Source of the DNA: an uncultured delta proteobacterium
Lineage (GTDB): Bacteria; Myxococcota_A; UBA9160; SMWR01
Length of the DNA: 64,000 nucleotides
Direction: 5' to 3'
Assembly (NCBI GenBank): GCA_963832165.1
Contig: CAWHTE010000004.1
Location: 192,001-256,000, forward strand
The notes under the pieces are model-generated. The model was not told the DNA's origin. It did no database searches and saw only the letters and a program-made list of their open reading frames with translations. A program made the position numbers and the translations under genes. Positions 34,660 through 45,529 of this stretch are shown in pieces. Position 1 is the first letter of the stretch, and every line of letters begins with the position of its first letter.

Positions 34660-35841
34660 ATGCGCGTGCCCGGCTTTCGCGCCGCGGGCGTGCGCTGCGG
34701 CATCAAGACGCGCGGCCCCGACCTCGCGCTGATCGCGGCCGATGCGCCCGTGGCCGCGGCGGGCATCTTCACGCGCTCGACGGTCGTGGGGGCGCCCGTG
34801 GAGATCAGCCGCGCGCGCGTGCGGGCAGGGCGCGTGCGCGGCGTGGTCGTGAACAGCGGCTGCTCGAACGTCGCGATGGGCGCGCGCGGCCGGCGCGACG
34901 CGATGGCCATGGCGGCTGCGGCCGCTCGCGCGATCGGCGCGCGCAGCGAGCAGATGCTGGTCGCGTCGACCGGCGTGATCGGACAGCCGCTGCCCATGGC
35001 GAAGATCCGCCGCGGGGTCACCCTGGCGGCCGCGGCGCTCTCGCCGAATGGACTGCGCGATGCCGCGCGCGCGATCATGACCACCGACACGGTGTCGAAG
35101 AGCGCAGCGACGCGCGTGTGGATCGACGGACGCGCGATCACGATCGCGGGGATCGCCAAGGGCGTCGGCATGATCGAGCCGAACATGGCCACGATGCTCG
35201 CGTTCCTGTTGACCGACGCCGCGGCCACGCCCGCATTCCTGCGCACGGCGCTGCGCGGTGCGGCCGATCAGAGCTTCAACCGGCTCACCGTGGACGGCGA
35301 GGGCTCGACGAGCGATACCGCGCTGCTGCTCGCGAGCGGCGCGGCGGGGAATGACACGCTGCGCAGCGCGAAGAGCCCCGCCGCGCGCCGCTTCGCGGAC
35401 GCGCTCACGAGCGTCGCCACCGATCTCGCGCGCCAGCTCGCGCGCGATGGCGAGGGTGCGACCAAGCTCGTGCTCGTCTCGGTCGTCGGCGCGCGCACCC
35501 CTGGCGACGCGGAGCGCGCGGCGCGCCGGATCGCCAACTCGATGCTCGTGAAATCGGCGATCTTCGGCGGCGACGCGAACTGGGGCCGGATCCTGCAGAC
35601 GGTCGGCGCGGGTCAGGTGGCGCTGCGCCTCCCGCGCACGAGTGTGAAGCTCGGCGGTGTGGTCGTGTTCCGGAACGGCGCCTCGGCCGGGCCCGCCGCG
35701 CGCGCCCGCGCACGCCGCGCGCTCGCAGGGCCGGAGCTCCGCATCGAGGTCGACCTCGGCATCGGCCGCGGCGCCGCGCAGATCTTCACGTGCGACCTCA
35801 GCTACGACTACGTGCGCATCAACGCGGAGTACACGACGTAG
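34660..35841 (+). CDS. argJ: Ornithine acetyltransferase ArgJ
   Basis: ASTGVIG, IMTTDT, KGVGMIEPNMATML, DGEGATK, NWGRI, CDLSYDYVRINAEY (C-terminal part of ORF 32320..35841). Confidence 0.93.
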   Translation: MRVPGFRAAGVRCGIKTRGPDLALIAADAPVAAAGIFTRSTVVGAPVEISRARVRAGRVRGVVVNSGCSNVAMGARGRRDAMAMAAAAARAIGARSEQMLVASTGVIGQPLPMAKIRRGVTLAAAALSPNGLRDAARAIMTTDTVSKSAATRVWIDGRAITIAGIAKGVGMIEPNMATMLAFLLTDAAATPAFLRTALRGAADQSFNRLTVDGEGSTSDTALLLASGAAGNDTLRSAKSPAARRFADALTSVATDLARQLARDGEGATKLVLVSVVGARTPGDAERAARRIANSMLVKSAIFGGDANWGRILQTVGAGQVALRLPRTSVKLGGVVVFRNGASAGPAARARARRALAGPELRIEVDLGIGRGAAQIFTCDLSYDYVRINAEYTT

Positions 35842-35915
35842 GGCGGAATTCCGCTTGCCAGGAGCGACGATCCGCCGCCAGAATCATCCGGTCTCGAGCG
35901 GGTAGGCAGTTGCGG

Positions 35916-36702
35916 ATGAAGCGGATTGCTGTGCTGGTTCTGCTCTGGGCGGTGCCGTTCGCCGCTCACGGCGCCTCGTTCTCGAGCGCGGCGGTTGCCG
36001 ACGCATTCGTCACCACGGGGTCGGACGGCAGCCTCTCCGGCAACAACTACGGCGGCGGCGGCGCGATCACGAGCGCGGCGCCGGGACTTCCGCGCGGGGA
36101 AGCGCAGAGCGTGCTCCGGTTCGATCTGGGCACCGCCGTCGCTTCCTTCGACGGCATCTTCGGCGCCGGACAGTGGAGCCTTCAATCGGTGAGCTTGCAG
36201 CTCACGGCGGCGCCCGCGAACAACGCGATCTTCAACACCCCCGCCGCGGGATCGCTCGCGCTCTCGTGGATGCAGAACGATTCCTGGACCGAGGGGACGG
36301 GCTCGCCGTCCGCGCCCGGCGCGAGCGGGATCACGTTCACGAGCCTGCAGAGCACGTTCATCGGCGCGGCCGACGAGAGTCTCGGTTCGTGCAGCTTCAA
36401 TGGCGCGACGAGCGGCGCCTTCACCTGCGCGCTCGCCCTGACCCCTGGACTGCAACGCGGACGTGCTCGCGGGCAGCGCGCTCAGCCTGCGCGTGTTCGC
36501 GGCCGACAGCGGCGTGAGCGGGGTGTTCAACTCGCGCAACTTCGCCACGGTGTCGAGTCGCCCCTCGCTGACTCTCGTGGCGATACCGGAGCCGGGAACG
36601 TTCGCGCTGTGCGCGCTCGGCTTCGCGCTGCTCGGCGCGGTGCGGTCGGGCCGCGGGCGCCGCGCGTGCGGCTGCTTTGTCTTACGCGGACCGGTCTGCT
36701 AA
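35916..36702 (+). CDS. Secreted PEP-CTERM protein (DNRLRE-like N-domain; frameshift near 36450)
   Basis: Signal peptide, ADAFV..NNYGG..SVLRFDL; C-term IPEPGTFALCALGFALLGAVRSGRGRR in ORF 36463..36702. Confidence 0.75.
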
Positions 36703-36711
36703 CCCTCTGCG

Positions 36712-36845
36712 AATCCACACGTTCCAGGGGCGCCCCGGCGGTGCCCGCTGCACTGGCCGCACGGCCGCGTCAAGTCTCGCAAGGCTTGGGTGTTGCGGGT
36801 CGGGGAGGCACACCCCGGAACGGACGCACAACCGCGAAGGAGAAT
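36712..36845 (+). promoter_or_regulatory. Structured rpsB 5' leader (t44/S2-leader-like)
   Basis: CCACAC at the start, long-range pairing GTTCC-A-GGGG...CCCC-GGAAC, internal GGGTG, ending ACAACC before the SD; position upstream of rpsB. Confidence 0.5.
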
Positions 36846-36849
36846 TGCC

Positions 36850-37848
36850 ATGGCCGAAACGCCGGCCCCCACGGAGGCCGCGGCGGCTTCCGTCGCACCC
36901 TCCAGCATGACCGCGCAGGTCGAGCGAGGGACGCTGACCATCCGCGACCTGCTCGAAGCGGGCGTCCACTTCGGACATCAGACGCGCCGCTGGAACCCGC
37001 GCATGAAGCGCTTCCTGTTCGGCGAGCGCAACGGCGTCCACATCGTCGATCTCGACCAGACGCTGCCGCGCTTCCAGAAGGCGCTGGACTTCCTGCGCGA
37101 GACGGTCGCGAGCGGCGGCAAGGTGCTGTTCGTGAGCACGAAGCGCCAGGCGCAGGCGTTCGTCGAGACCGAAGCGCAGCGCTGCGAGCAGTACTACGTC
37201 TCCCGGCGCTGGCTCGGCGGCATGCTCACGAACTTCAAGACGGTCCGGAAGTCGATCGAGCTCTTCAAAGAGCAGCTCGAGCTCGTGGGCGACGCGGAGA
37301 AAGCAGCCGAGCTCTCCAAGAAGGCACTCTCGGGCGTCAACCGCTCGATCGAGAAGTACAAGAAATCGCTCGACGGGATCAAGGAGATGACCCGGCTCCC
37401 CGACGCCGTGTTCATCGTCGACGTGGGCCGGGAATCGATCGCGGTGAAGGAGGCGAACCGGCTCGGGATCCCGATCGTCGCGATCGTCGACTCGAACTGC
37501 GACCCCGAGTCGATCGACTTCGTGGTGCCCGGCAACGACGACTCGACGCGCGCGATCCAGCTCTACTGCCAGCGCGTGGCCGATGCATGCGCCGAGGGCG
37601 CGCGGATCTTCAACGAGCGCGTGCAGAGCGAAGTGTCCGAACAGGAGCGCGCACGCGGCACCAGCGAGGTCTCCGAGAAGACCGGCACGGGCCGCGTCGT
37701 GGTCGAGATCAAGCAGCAGCCGCGGCGTGGCCGCGGCACCCACAGCGCCGCGCCGCGCGCCGATCGCGGCGGCGAGCGCGATCGCGGCGGCGAGCCCGAA
37801 CCCAAGGAAGCGGAGGCCCCGACCCCGCCCGCGCCCGCGGCCGAGTAG
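36850..37848 (+). CDS. rpsB: 30S ribosomal protein S2
   Basis: LLEAGVHFGHQTRRWNP, RWLGGMLTNF, DSNCDP, PGNDD. Confidence 0.97.
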   Translation: MAETPAPTEAAAASVAPSSMTAQVERGTLTIRDLLEAGVHFGHQTRRWNPRMKRFLFGERNGVHIVDLDQTLPRFQKALDFLRETVASGGKVLFVSTKRQAQAFVETEAQRCEQYYVSRRWLGGMLTNFKTVRKSIELFKEQLELVGDAEKAAELSKKALSGVNRSIEKYKKSLDGIKEMTRLPDAVFIVDVGRESIAVKEANRLGIPIVAIVDSNCDPESIDFVVPGNDDSTRAIQLYCQRVADACAEGARIFNERVQSEVSEQERARGTSEVSEKTGTGRVVVEIKQQPRRGRGTHSAAPRADRGGERDRGGEPEPKEAEAPTPPAPAAE

Positions 37849-37880
37849 TCGCGCGCTAGAGAAACGGTAGGAGAGCGGTA

Positions 37881-38750
37881 GTGGCGGAGATCTCCGCAAA
37901 AGACGTGAAGACCCTGCGCGAGCAGACCGGCGCAGGCATGATGGATTGCAAGCGCGCGCTCGCGGACGCGGACGGCGACCTCAAGAAGGCCACCGATCTG
38001 CTGCGCGAGCGCGGGCTCGCCAAGGCCGGCAAGCGCGAGGGCCGCACGACGAGCGAGGGCGCGATCTCGATCGCACTCGCGGGCGGCGCGGGTGCGATGG
38101 TCGAGCTCGGCTGCGAGACCGACTTCGTCGCGCGCACCGACGCGTTCACGGCGCTCGGGGAGCGGCTCGCGCGCGCGGTCGCGGAGGACCCGAAGATCGC
38201 GTCGGTCGACGCGCTGCTCGACGCTCCGGTCGACGGTGAGAAGGTCTCGGAGCGCGTCGTCGCGGCGATCGCGGTGCTCGGCGAGAACGTGGTGGTGAAG
38301 CGGGTCGTGCGGCTCGCGGTCGACTCGGGCGTGGTCGGCGGCTACGTGCACGCGGGCGGCAAGCTCGGCGTGCTGGTCGCGGTCACGGCGAAGGACGGCG
38401 GGCCTGGGCTCGCGGGACTCGCCAAGGACATCGCCATGCACATCGCCGCAGCCGATCCGAGCCCGGTGGCGGTCGACCGCGCGGGCGTCTCCCCGGAGCT
38501 GCTCGCGGCCGAGCGCGAGATCTATCGCAAGCAGGCGCTCGCGTCCGGCAAGCCCGAGAAGATCCTCGACAAGATCGTCGAGGGGAAGGTCGACAAGTTC
38601 GTATCGGAAGTCGCGCTGGTCGAGCAGCCGTTCGTGAAGGACCCCGATCGATCCGTGGGCGATCTCTTGTCCGCGCACGGAGCGGGCGTGAACGTTTCCG
38701 CGTTCGAGCGGTTCAAACTCGGCCAAGGGGAGGAGGCGCGCGCGGAGTGA
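37881..38750 (+). CDS. tsf: Elongation factor Ts
   Basis: [33 protein letters not shown]. Confidence 0.97.
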   Translation: MAEISAKDVKTLREQTGAGMMDCKRALADADGDLKKATDLLRERGLAKAGKREGRTTSEGAISIALAGGAGAMVELGCETDFVARTDAFTALGERLARAVAEDPKIASVDALLDAPVDGEKVSERVVAAIAVLGENVVVKRVVRLAVDSGVVGGYVHAGGKLGVLVAVTAKDGGPGLAGLAKDIAMHIAAADPSPVAVDRAGVSPELLAAEREIYRKQALASGKPEKILDKIVEGKVDKFVSEVALVEQPFVKDPDRSVGDLLSAHGAGVNVSAFERFKLGQGEEARAE

Positions 38751-39463
38751 AGCCGGCCTATCGCAGGCTCCTGGTCAAGCTCTCCGGCGAGCAACTCGCC
38801 GGCAAGGGCGGATTCGGCATCAGCCCGACCGTGATCAAGCGCATTGCGCAGGACCTGCGAGAGGTCCACGAGTTCGGCGTGGACCTGTGCGTCGTGATCG
38901 GCGGCGGCAACGTGATCCGCGGGATCACGGCCGCGTCCGAGGGCATGGACCGCGCCAACGCCGACTACATGGGCATGATGGCGAGCGTGATCAACGGGCT
39001 CGCGCTCCAGGACGCGCTCGAGAAGCAGGGTCTCACCACGCGCGTGCTCTCGGCGCTCGAGATCCGCGACGTGGCGGAGCCCTATGTCCGACGCCGCGCC
39101 GAGCGCCACCTCGAGAAGGGGCGCGTGGTCGTGTTCGCGGGCGGCACGGGCAACCCGTACTTCTCGACCGACACCGCGGCCGCGCTGCGCGCCGCGGAGA
39201 TCCACGCCGACGTGATCCTGATGGGCAAGAACGGCGTCGACGGTGTCTATTCGGCCGACCCGAAGCTCGATCCCAAGGCCGTGAAATACGAGCGCGTGCG
39301 CTTCGACGAGGCGCTCGCGAAGAATCTGCGCGTGATGGACCAGACCGCGCTCGCGCTGTGCCGCGAGAACAAGACGCCGATCATCGTGTTCGACATGAGC
39401 AAGCCGGGGAACCTGCGGCGCGTGGTGCTCGGCGAGGAAGTCGGAACGCGGGTGGAGGAGTAG
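38747..39463 (+). CDS. pyrH: UMP kinase
   Basis: [28 protein letters not shown]. Confidence 0.97.
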   Translation: MKPAYRRLLVKLSGEQLAGKGGFGISPTVIKRIAQDLREVHEFGVDLCVVIGGGNVIRGITAASEGMDRANADYMGMMASVINGLALQDALEKQGLTTRVLSALEIRDVAEPYVRRRAERHLEKGRVVVFAGGTGNPYFSTDTAAALRAAEIHADVILMGKNGVDGVYSADPKLDPKAVKYERVRFDEALAKNLRVMDQTALALCRENKTPIIVFDMSKPGNLRRVVLGEEVGTRVEE

Positions 39464-39466
39464 TCG

Positions 39467-40036
39467 ATGGCCGCGGAGGATTCGGAGCTCGTCTACGCAG
39501 AGGCGAAGGACGCAATGGACAAGTCGCTGCGCGGGCTGCGCGCCGACCTGCAGAAGGTGCGCACGGGGCGCGCGAGCACGGCTCTGCTCGACGGCATCCA
39601 GGTCGACTACTACGGCACGCCCACGCCGATCAATCAGCTCGCGAACATGAGCACGCCGGATCCGCGCCTGATCGTGATCTCGCCCTACGACAAGGGCTCG
39701 ATCAGCGCGATCGAGAAGGCGGTGCACTCGTCGAACCTCGGGCTCACGCCGAGCAACGACGGCAAGGTCGTGCGGATCCCGATTCCGCCGCTCACCGAGG
39801 AGCGCCGCAAGGATCTGGTCAAGCAGATCCACCGGCTCGCCGAGGACCACAAGGTGGGGGTGCGCGAGGCGCGCCGCGACGCGCTGGCGATGATCAAGGA
39901 CCTCGAGTCCGAGGGCACGGTGCCCGCCGACGACCGCAAGCGCGAGGACAAGCGGATCCAGGCGCTCACCGACGAGCACATCAAGAAGATCGAGGAGATG
40001 CAGGCGGCCAAGGAGGCCGAGATCCTCCAGGTCTGA
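39467..40036 (+). CDS. frr: Ribosome recycling factor
   Basis: VRTGRAS, VDYYG, PPLTEERR. Confidence 0.97.
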   Translation: MAAEDSELVYAEAKDAMDKSLRGLRADLQKVRTGRASTALLDGIQVDYYGTPTPINQLANMSTPDPRLIVISPYDKGSISAIEKAVHSSNLGLTPSNDGKVVRIPIPPLTEERRKDLVKQIHRLAEDHKVGVREARRDALAMIKDLESEGTVPADDRKREDKRIQALTDEHIKKIEEMQAAKEAEILQV

Positions 40037-40042
40037 CCGCGT

Positions 40043-40801
40043 ATGACGACCGACTCGCTGCGAACCGATGATCTCCCGCGACACGTCGCCATCATCATGG
40101 ATGGCAACGGGCGCTGGGCCGAGCGCCGCGGCCTGTCGCGGGTGGAGGGGCACCGCGCGGGCAAGGAGGCGGTGAAGGCCGCCGTGCGCGCGGCGAGCGA
40201 TCTGGGCATCGAGGTACTCACGCTCTACGCGTTCTCGATCGAGAACTGGAACCGGCCCCAGTCCGAGGTCACCGAGCTCATGCGCCTCGCCGAGCGCTAC
40301 CTCGAGGAGGAGCTCCCCGAGGTGATGGCGAACGACGTCCAGGTGCGCGCGATCGGCCGCCTCGACCGGCTGCCGCCGCGCGTGCGGTCGCGAATCGAGC
40401 ACGCCGTCGAGAAGACGCGCGACAACGGCGGGCTCAAGCTCGTGTTCGCGCTCTCCTACGGCGGGCGTGCCGAGATCGTCGATGCGGCGCGCCGCATCGC
40501 GCGCGACGCCGAGGGGGGCCGCGTCGATCCCGACGCGGTCGACGAGAAGCTGTTCTCCTCGTATCTCTATGATCCCGAGCTGCCCGATCCCGATCTGATG
40601 ATCCGCACCGGCGGCGAGTCGCGCGTCTCGAACTTCCTGCTCTGGCAGATCGCCTACGCCGAGATCTACGTGTCGGACCTGATGTGGCCCGACTTCCGCG
40701 CCGAGCACCTGAACGAGGCGCTTCGCGACTTCCAGGGCCGCGAGCGCCGCTTCGGTCTCACCAGCGCGCAGGTCGCCACGACCAAGTCGGGCTCCGCGTG
40801 A
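40043..40801 (+). CDS. uppS: Undecaprenyl diphosphate synthase
   Basis: HVAIIMDGNGRWA, FSIENWNRP, IRTGGESRVSNFLLWQ, RERRFG. Confidence 0.97.
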   Translation: MTTDSLRTDDLPRHVAIIMDGNGRWAERRGLSRVEGHRAGKEAVKAAVRAASDLGIEVLTLYAFSIENWNRPQSEVTELMRLAERYLEEELPEVMANDVQVRAIGRLDRLPPRVRSRIEHAVEKTRDNGGLKLVFALSYGGRAEIVDAARRIARDAEGGRVDPDAVDEKLFSSYLYDPELPDPDLMIRTGGESRVSNFLLWQIAYAEIYVSDLMWPDFRAEHLNEALRDFQGRERRFGLTSAQVATTKSGSA

Positions 40802-41985
40802 AGCGGCTCAGCGTACTCGGCAGCACCGGCAGCGTCGGCGAGCAGACGCTCGCGGTCGCCGCGGCGCACCCCGATCGCTATGCGGTCGTCGCGCTCGCGG
40901 CGGGCCGACGCGTGGAGAAGCTCGCCGATCAGGTGCGCCGCTTCCGGCCGCGGATCGTCTCGGTGGCCGACGCCGCGGGTGCCGAGGATCTGCGCGCTCG
41001 GCTCGGCAGCGATCCGCCCTGCGAGATCGCATTCGGCGCTGCGGGCCTCGACGCGGTGGCGACTGCGGACGCCGACCTCGTGGTCGCGGCGCTCGTCGGG
41101 GCGGCCGGGCTGCGGCCCACGCTCGCGGCCGTGCGCGCAGGGCGCGACATTGCGCTCGCGAACAAGGAAGTGCTCGTGATGGCGGGCGCTCTCGTGCGCC
41201 GCGAGGTCGCCGCGCGCGGCGTCGCGCTCGTGCCCGTCGACAGCGAGCACAGCGCGATCTTCCAGGCGCTCGCGGGCGCCGACCGCGCGTCGATCGCGAA
41301 GCTGATCCTGACCGCGTCGGGCGGGCCGTTCCGCACCTGGAGCGCGGAGCGGATCGCGCGCGCGACCGTCGAGGAGGCGCTCCGCCACCCGAACTGGGAC
41401 ATGGGCCCCAAGATCACGATCGATTCTGCGACGCTCATGAACAAGGGGCTCGAGGTGATCGAAGCGCGCTGGCTGTTCGACGTCGGGCCGGAGCGCGTCG
41501 AGGTGGTGGTGCACCCGCAATCGATCGTTCACTCGCTGGTCGAGTTCTGTGACACGTCGGTGATCGCGCAGCTCGGCTTGCCGGACATGCGCGTGCCGAT
41601 CGCGGTGGCGCTCGCGCATCCGGAGCGGCTGCCGCTCGACCTGCCGCGGCTCGATCTCGCCGCGCTGGGCCGGCTCGATTTCGAGACGCCCGACACCAAG
41701 CGCTTCCCGTGTCTCGAGCTCGCCTATCAGGCGCTGCGCGGCGACGAGGCCGCACCTGCCGTGCTCAACGCCGCCAACGAGATCGCCGTGGAGGCGTTTC
41801 TCTCGGGCGGCATGGCGTTCCCAGCGATCGCGGCCGCGAACGGCGCCGTGCTCGAGGCCTTCGAGAAGACCGAGACCGGCGGCGCGTTGCGCGATCTCGA
41901 AGACGTGATCGCAGCCGACACCTGGGCGCGCGCGCGCGCACGCGAATGGCTCGCCGCCCACCCGCCGGATGGAGGCCGCGCATGA
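40798..41985 (+). CDS. dxr: 1-deoxy-D-xylulose-5-phosphate reductoisomerase
   Basis: LGSTGSVG, LANKE, PVDSEHSAIFQ, HPNWDMG, NKGLE, NAANE. Confidence 0.97.
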   Translation: MKRLSVLGSTGSVGEQTLAVAAAHPDRYAVVALAAGRRVEKLADQVRRFRPRIVSVADAAGAEDLRARLGSDPPCEIAFGAAGLDAVATADADLVVAALVGAAGLRPTLAAVRAGRDIALANKEVLVMAGALVRREVAARGVALVPVDSEHSAIFQALAGADRASIAKLILTASGGPFRTWSAERIARATVEEALRHPNWDMGPKITIDSATLMNKGLEVIEARWLFDVGPERVEVVVHPQSIVHSLVEFCDTSVIAQLGLPDMRVPIAVALAHPERLPLDLPRLDLAALGRLDFETPDTKRFPCLELAYQALRGDEAAPAVLNAANEIAVEAFLSGGMAFPAIAAANGAVLEAFEKTETGGALRDLEDVIAADTWARARAREWLAAHPPDGGRA

Positions 41986-43682
41986 CCGTGCTCTCGTACC
42001 TGTGGGCGTTCGTACTGCTGCTCTCGATCCTCGTGTTCGTGCACGAGCTCGGCCACTTCCTGGTCGCGCGCGCGTGCGGCGTGCGTGTGCTCAAGTTCTC
42101 GATCGGCTTCGGCTCGCCGATCGGCTTCGGCAAGTACCGGCTTGCGTGGACGCGCGGCGGCACCGAGTTCGTGATTGCTTGGTTCCCGCTCGGCGGCTTC
42201 GTGAAGATGCTCGGCGAGAATCCCGACGAGATCGACGACCCTGCGGTCGCGGTGTCCCCGGGAGAGTCGCTGCCCGAGAAGAACACCTGGCAGAAGCTCG
42301 CGATCGTGTTCGCGGGACCCGCGGCGAACCTGATCCTGCCCGTGCTCGTGTTCGCCGTGACGCTCGCGATCGGGATGCCGCGCCCGGTCGCTGTGGTCGG
42401 CAGCGTCGAGCCCGGCTCGCCGGCGGCCGTCGCGGGGCTGCGGTCCGGCGATCGGATCACGGAGGTCGCGGGCACGCCCGTGGCGTGGTGGAACGACGTC
42501 GAAGATGCCGTGCGCGCGCGCGCAGACGCGACCGCGGAGTTCGTCTACGAGCGCGAAGGTGCGCCCGCGATCGCGCGCGTCGCGATCGAGCGCCGCACGG
42601 TCACCGACGAATTCGGCCAGCCGGCCGAGGTCGGCTGGTCCGGAGTCCAGCACCATCGGCCCGCGGCGATGCTCGGCATTTCCTCATCGGACTCGCCCGC
42701 CCACGCGGCCGGGCTGCGCTCGGGCGAGGTCGTCGAGTCGGTCGATGGCGTGGCGGTGGAGAGCTGGGACGATTTCGCGGCGGCGTTCGCCGCAGCGCGC
42801 GGTCCGAAGGTGGAGCTCGCGCTGCACCGCAGCGCACCCGGAGCGAAGCGTTCGCCCGGCGAAGACCCGGCTGCGATTCCGATCGAACGCCGCACCGCGA
42901 CCGTGCCCGCGCTCGGCAGCGTCGAGGCGCTCGGCGTGTTGCCGGCGACGGTGCTCGTGTCTTCCGTGACCATCGGATCGGCCGCCGAGCGCGGAGGCCT
43001 GTTGCCGGGCGATCTGATCGTGTCGGTCGACGGCGCTCCGATCGGCAGCTTCGATTCGTTCGCCGAGATCGTGCGCACGAGCGGCGGGCGCGAGCTCGCG
43101 CTCTCGTTCGCGCGCAGCGGCGAGCTCCACTCGGTGCGGATCGCGCCCACGCTCGAGGATTTCGACGCGGGCTTCGGCATGAAGGAGCCGCGCTACCTCG
43201 TCGGCATCACGGCCGAGGTCGCGAGCCTGACCGGCGAGATCGCGACCGACCGCGAACGCAACCCGATCGTCGCGCTGCCGCGCGCGATCGGCATGACCGC
43301 CGAGGTCACGCGCGGGTTCGTCGCGGGAATGGTGAAGCTCGTGACGGGCGAGGTGTCGCGCAAGCAGCTCGCGGGCCCGATCGGAATCGCCGAGATCGCG
43401 GGCCACGCGTACGAGCGCGGCTGGGAGACCTATCTCTCGATCCTCGTGTTGATCAGCATAAATCTCGGGATCCTGAACCTGCTTCCGATCCCGGTGCTCG
43501 ACGGCGGGCAGGCCGTGATCTACGCGGTCGAGGGCGTGCGCCGTGCGCCGCTCTCGCTGCGAACGCGCGAGATCGTGCAACAGCTCGGGCTCACCGTGTT
43601 GATGCTGCTCATGGGGCTCGCGTTCTGGAACGATCTCTCGCGCCAGTGGACGCGGCTGCTCGACTGGCTCGCGAATACGTGA
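41982..43682 (+). CDS. rseP: RIP metalloprotease RseP (multiple PDZ domains)
   Basis: HELGH, GGFVKM, AGPAAN, NLLPIPVLDGG. Confidence 0.95.
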   Translation: MTVLSYLWAFVLLLSILVFVHELGHFLVARACGVRVLKFSIGFGSPIGFGKYRLAWTRGGTEFVIAWFPLGGFVKMLGENPDEIDDPAVAVSPGESLPEKNTWQKLAIVFAGPAANLILPVLVFAVTLAIGMPRPVAVVGSVEPGSPAAVAGLRSGDRITEVAGTPVAWWNDVEDAVRARADATAEFVYEREGAPAIARVAIERRTVTDEFGQPAEVGWSGVQHHRPAAMLGISSSDSPAHAAGLRSGEVVESVDGVAVESWDDFAAAFAAARGPKVELALHRSAPGAKRSPGEDPAAIPIERRTATVPALGSVEALGVLPATVLVSSVTIGSAAERGGLLPGDLIVSVDGAPIGSFDSFAEIVRTSGGRELALSFARSGELHSVRIAPTLEDFDAGFGMKEPRYLVGITAEVASLTGEIATDRERNPIVALPRAIGMTAEVTRGFVAGMVKLVTGEVSRKQLAGPIGIAEIAGHAYERGWETYLSILVLISINLGILNLLPIPVLDGGQAVIYAVEGVRRAPLSLRTREIVQQLGLTVLMLLMGLAFWNDLSRQWTRLLDWLANT

Positions 43683-44374
43683 CCGAAGTCCCGCTGCTGC
43701 TGGCCGTCGAGACGGCCACGGCAGCTCCGAGCGTCGCGCTCTGGCGCGGCGAGGCGCTTCTGGCCGAACGCGCCGTGGACGCGAGCCGCGCCACGGCCGA
43801 GCGTCTGCTGCCGGCGCTCGACGCGCTGCTCGCGGGCGCAGGCATCGCGCTCGCGGCGGTGCAGGGATTCGCGGTATCGATCGGCCCCGGCTCGTTCACG
43901 GGGCTCCGGATCGGGGTGGCGACCGTAAAGGGGCTCGCGTTCGGAACCGCGCGCGCCGCGGTCGCGGTGCCGACACTCGCCGCGATCGCGCAGCACGCGC
44001 CTGGACCGGCACCCGTGGCCGCAGTGCTCGATGCGCGGCGCGGTGAGGTGTACGCGGCGGGCTTCGAGGGCGGCGCCGCCGCCGATTGGCTCGCGGAAGG
44101 CGTGATCTCGATCGATTCGCTCGCGGCGCGCCTGCCCGCGGGCTGCCGCGTGGTCGGCGACGCCGTGGCGTTGTGCGCGGTGGCGCTGCGCGGCAGCGCC
44201 GCGGTGCTCGCGCCGCCTCCCTATCCCGAGACGACCGCGCGCCACGTCGCGCGGATCGCCGCGCGCGAATGGTCGCGCGGCGACGCGATCGCTGCGGCCG
44301 ACCTCACGCCGCGCTATCTGCGCCGCGCCGAGGCCGAGGTGAAGCGCACGGGGGAGCGCTTCGAACCCTTTTGA
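43679..44374 (+). CDS. tsaB: t6A biosynthesis protein TsaB
   Basis: LLAVETAT, IGPGSFTGLRIG, LDARRGEVY, PRYLR. Confidence 0.93.
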   Translation: MTEVPLLLAVETATAAPSVALWRGEALLAERAVDASRATAERLLPALDALLAGAGIALAAVQGFAVSIGPGSFTGLRIGVATVKGLAFGTARAAVAVPTLAAIAQHAPGPAPVAAVLDARRGEVYAAGFEGGAAADWLAEGVISIDSLAARLPAGCRVVGDAVALCAVALRGSAAVLAPPPYPETTARHVARIAAREWSRGDAIAAADLTPRYLRRAEAEVKRTGERFEPF

Positions 44375-44399
44375 CACCCTGTGGACCCTCGCGTAACCT
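44371..44399 (+). promoter_or_regulatory. sigma70 promoter upstream of ilvC
   Basis: TTGACA-N17-TAACCT. Confidence 0.7.
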
Positions 44400-44481
44400 C
44401 GCGAAACTAACGAGAAAACGCTTGCAGGGCGGATCAGCCCAAAGGGCGTAATCCGCCAATTCGGGGGTCGCGCGAGGAGCC

Positions 44482-45504
44482 ATGGCACTCAAGATCTTCT
44501 ACGACAAGGACGCCGACCTCGGCCGGCTCGACGGCAAGACCGTGGCGATCCTCGGTTACGGCAGTCAGGGGCACGCGCACGCGCTGAACCTCAAGGCGTC
44601 GGGCATCGATGTGGTGGTCGGCCTGCGCAAGGACTCGTCGAGCGTCGGCAAGGCCGAGCGCTCGGGGCTGCGCGTGCTCGGTGTCTCCGAGGCGGTGGCA
44701 AAGGCCGACATCACGATGATGACGCTGCCCGACGAGTCGATGGGCACGATCTACCGCGAGCACGTCGCGCCGAACCTCAAGGCCGGCAAGTACCTCGCCG
44801 TGGCGCACGGCTTCAACATCCACTTCAACGTGATCCGCCCGCCCGCGGACGTGAACGTGTTCATGGTGGCGCCCAAGGGCCCCGGCCACACCGTGCGAGC
44901 GCACTACGAAGAGGGGCGCGGCGTCCCGTCGCTCGTGGCGGTGCATCAGGATCCCACCGGCGACACGCTCCAGATCGCGCTCGCCTATGCGGCGGGGATC
45001 GGCGCCGGGCGCGCCGGGATCATCGAGACCAACTTCCGCGAGGAGACCGAGACCGACTTGTTCGGCGAGCAGACCGTGCTGTGCGGCGGGCTCGTCTCGC
45101 TCATGACCGCGGGCTACGAGACGCTCGTCGAGGCCGGCTACTCCCCCGAGATGGCCTACTTCGAGACGATCCACGAGGTGAAGCTGATCGTCGATCTGAT
45201 CTACGAAGGCGGCATCGCGAACATGCGCTACTCGGTGTCGAACACGGCCGAGTACGGCGACCTCACGCGCGGCCCGCGCGTGATCGACGACGGCACGCGT
45301 GCGCGCATGCGAGAGATCCTGCGCGAAATCCAGACGGGCGCGTTCGCGCGCGAGTTCATTCTCGAGAACCAGGCCGGTGGGCTGCAGTTCTCCGCATTGC
45401 GCCGCCGCGGCCAGGAGCACCCGATGGAGGCGATCGGCGCGCAGCTGCGCGAGCTGATGCCGTGGCTCAAGGAGAAGCGGCTGGTCGACCGCTCGAAGAA
45501 TTAG
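44482..45504 (+). CDS. ilvC: Ketol-acid reductoisomerase
   Basis: [39 protein letters not shown]. Confidence 0.97.
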   Translation: MALKIFYDKDADLGRLDGKTVAILGYGSQGHAHALNLKASGIDVVVGLRKDSSSVGKAERSGLRVLGVSEAVAKADITMMTLPDESMGTIYREHVAPNLKAGKYLAVAHGFNIHFNVIRPPADVNVFMVAPKGPGHTVRAHYEEGRGVPSLVAVHQDPTGDTLQIALAYAAGIGAGRAGIIETNFREETETDLFGEQTVLCGGLVSLMTAGYETLVEAGYSPEMAYFETIHEVKLIVDLIYEGGIANMRYSVSNTAEYGDLTRGPRVIDDGTRARMREILREIQTGAFAREFILENQAGGLQFSALRRRGQEHPMEAIGAQLRELMPWLKEKRLVDRSKN

Positions 45505-45529
45505 CGCAAGCCGTCTGGCTCGGTACGGA

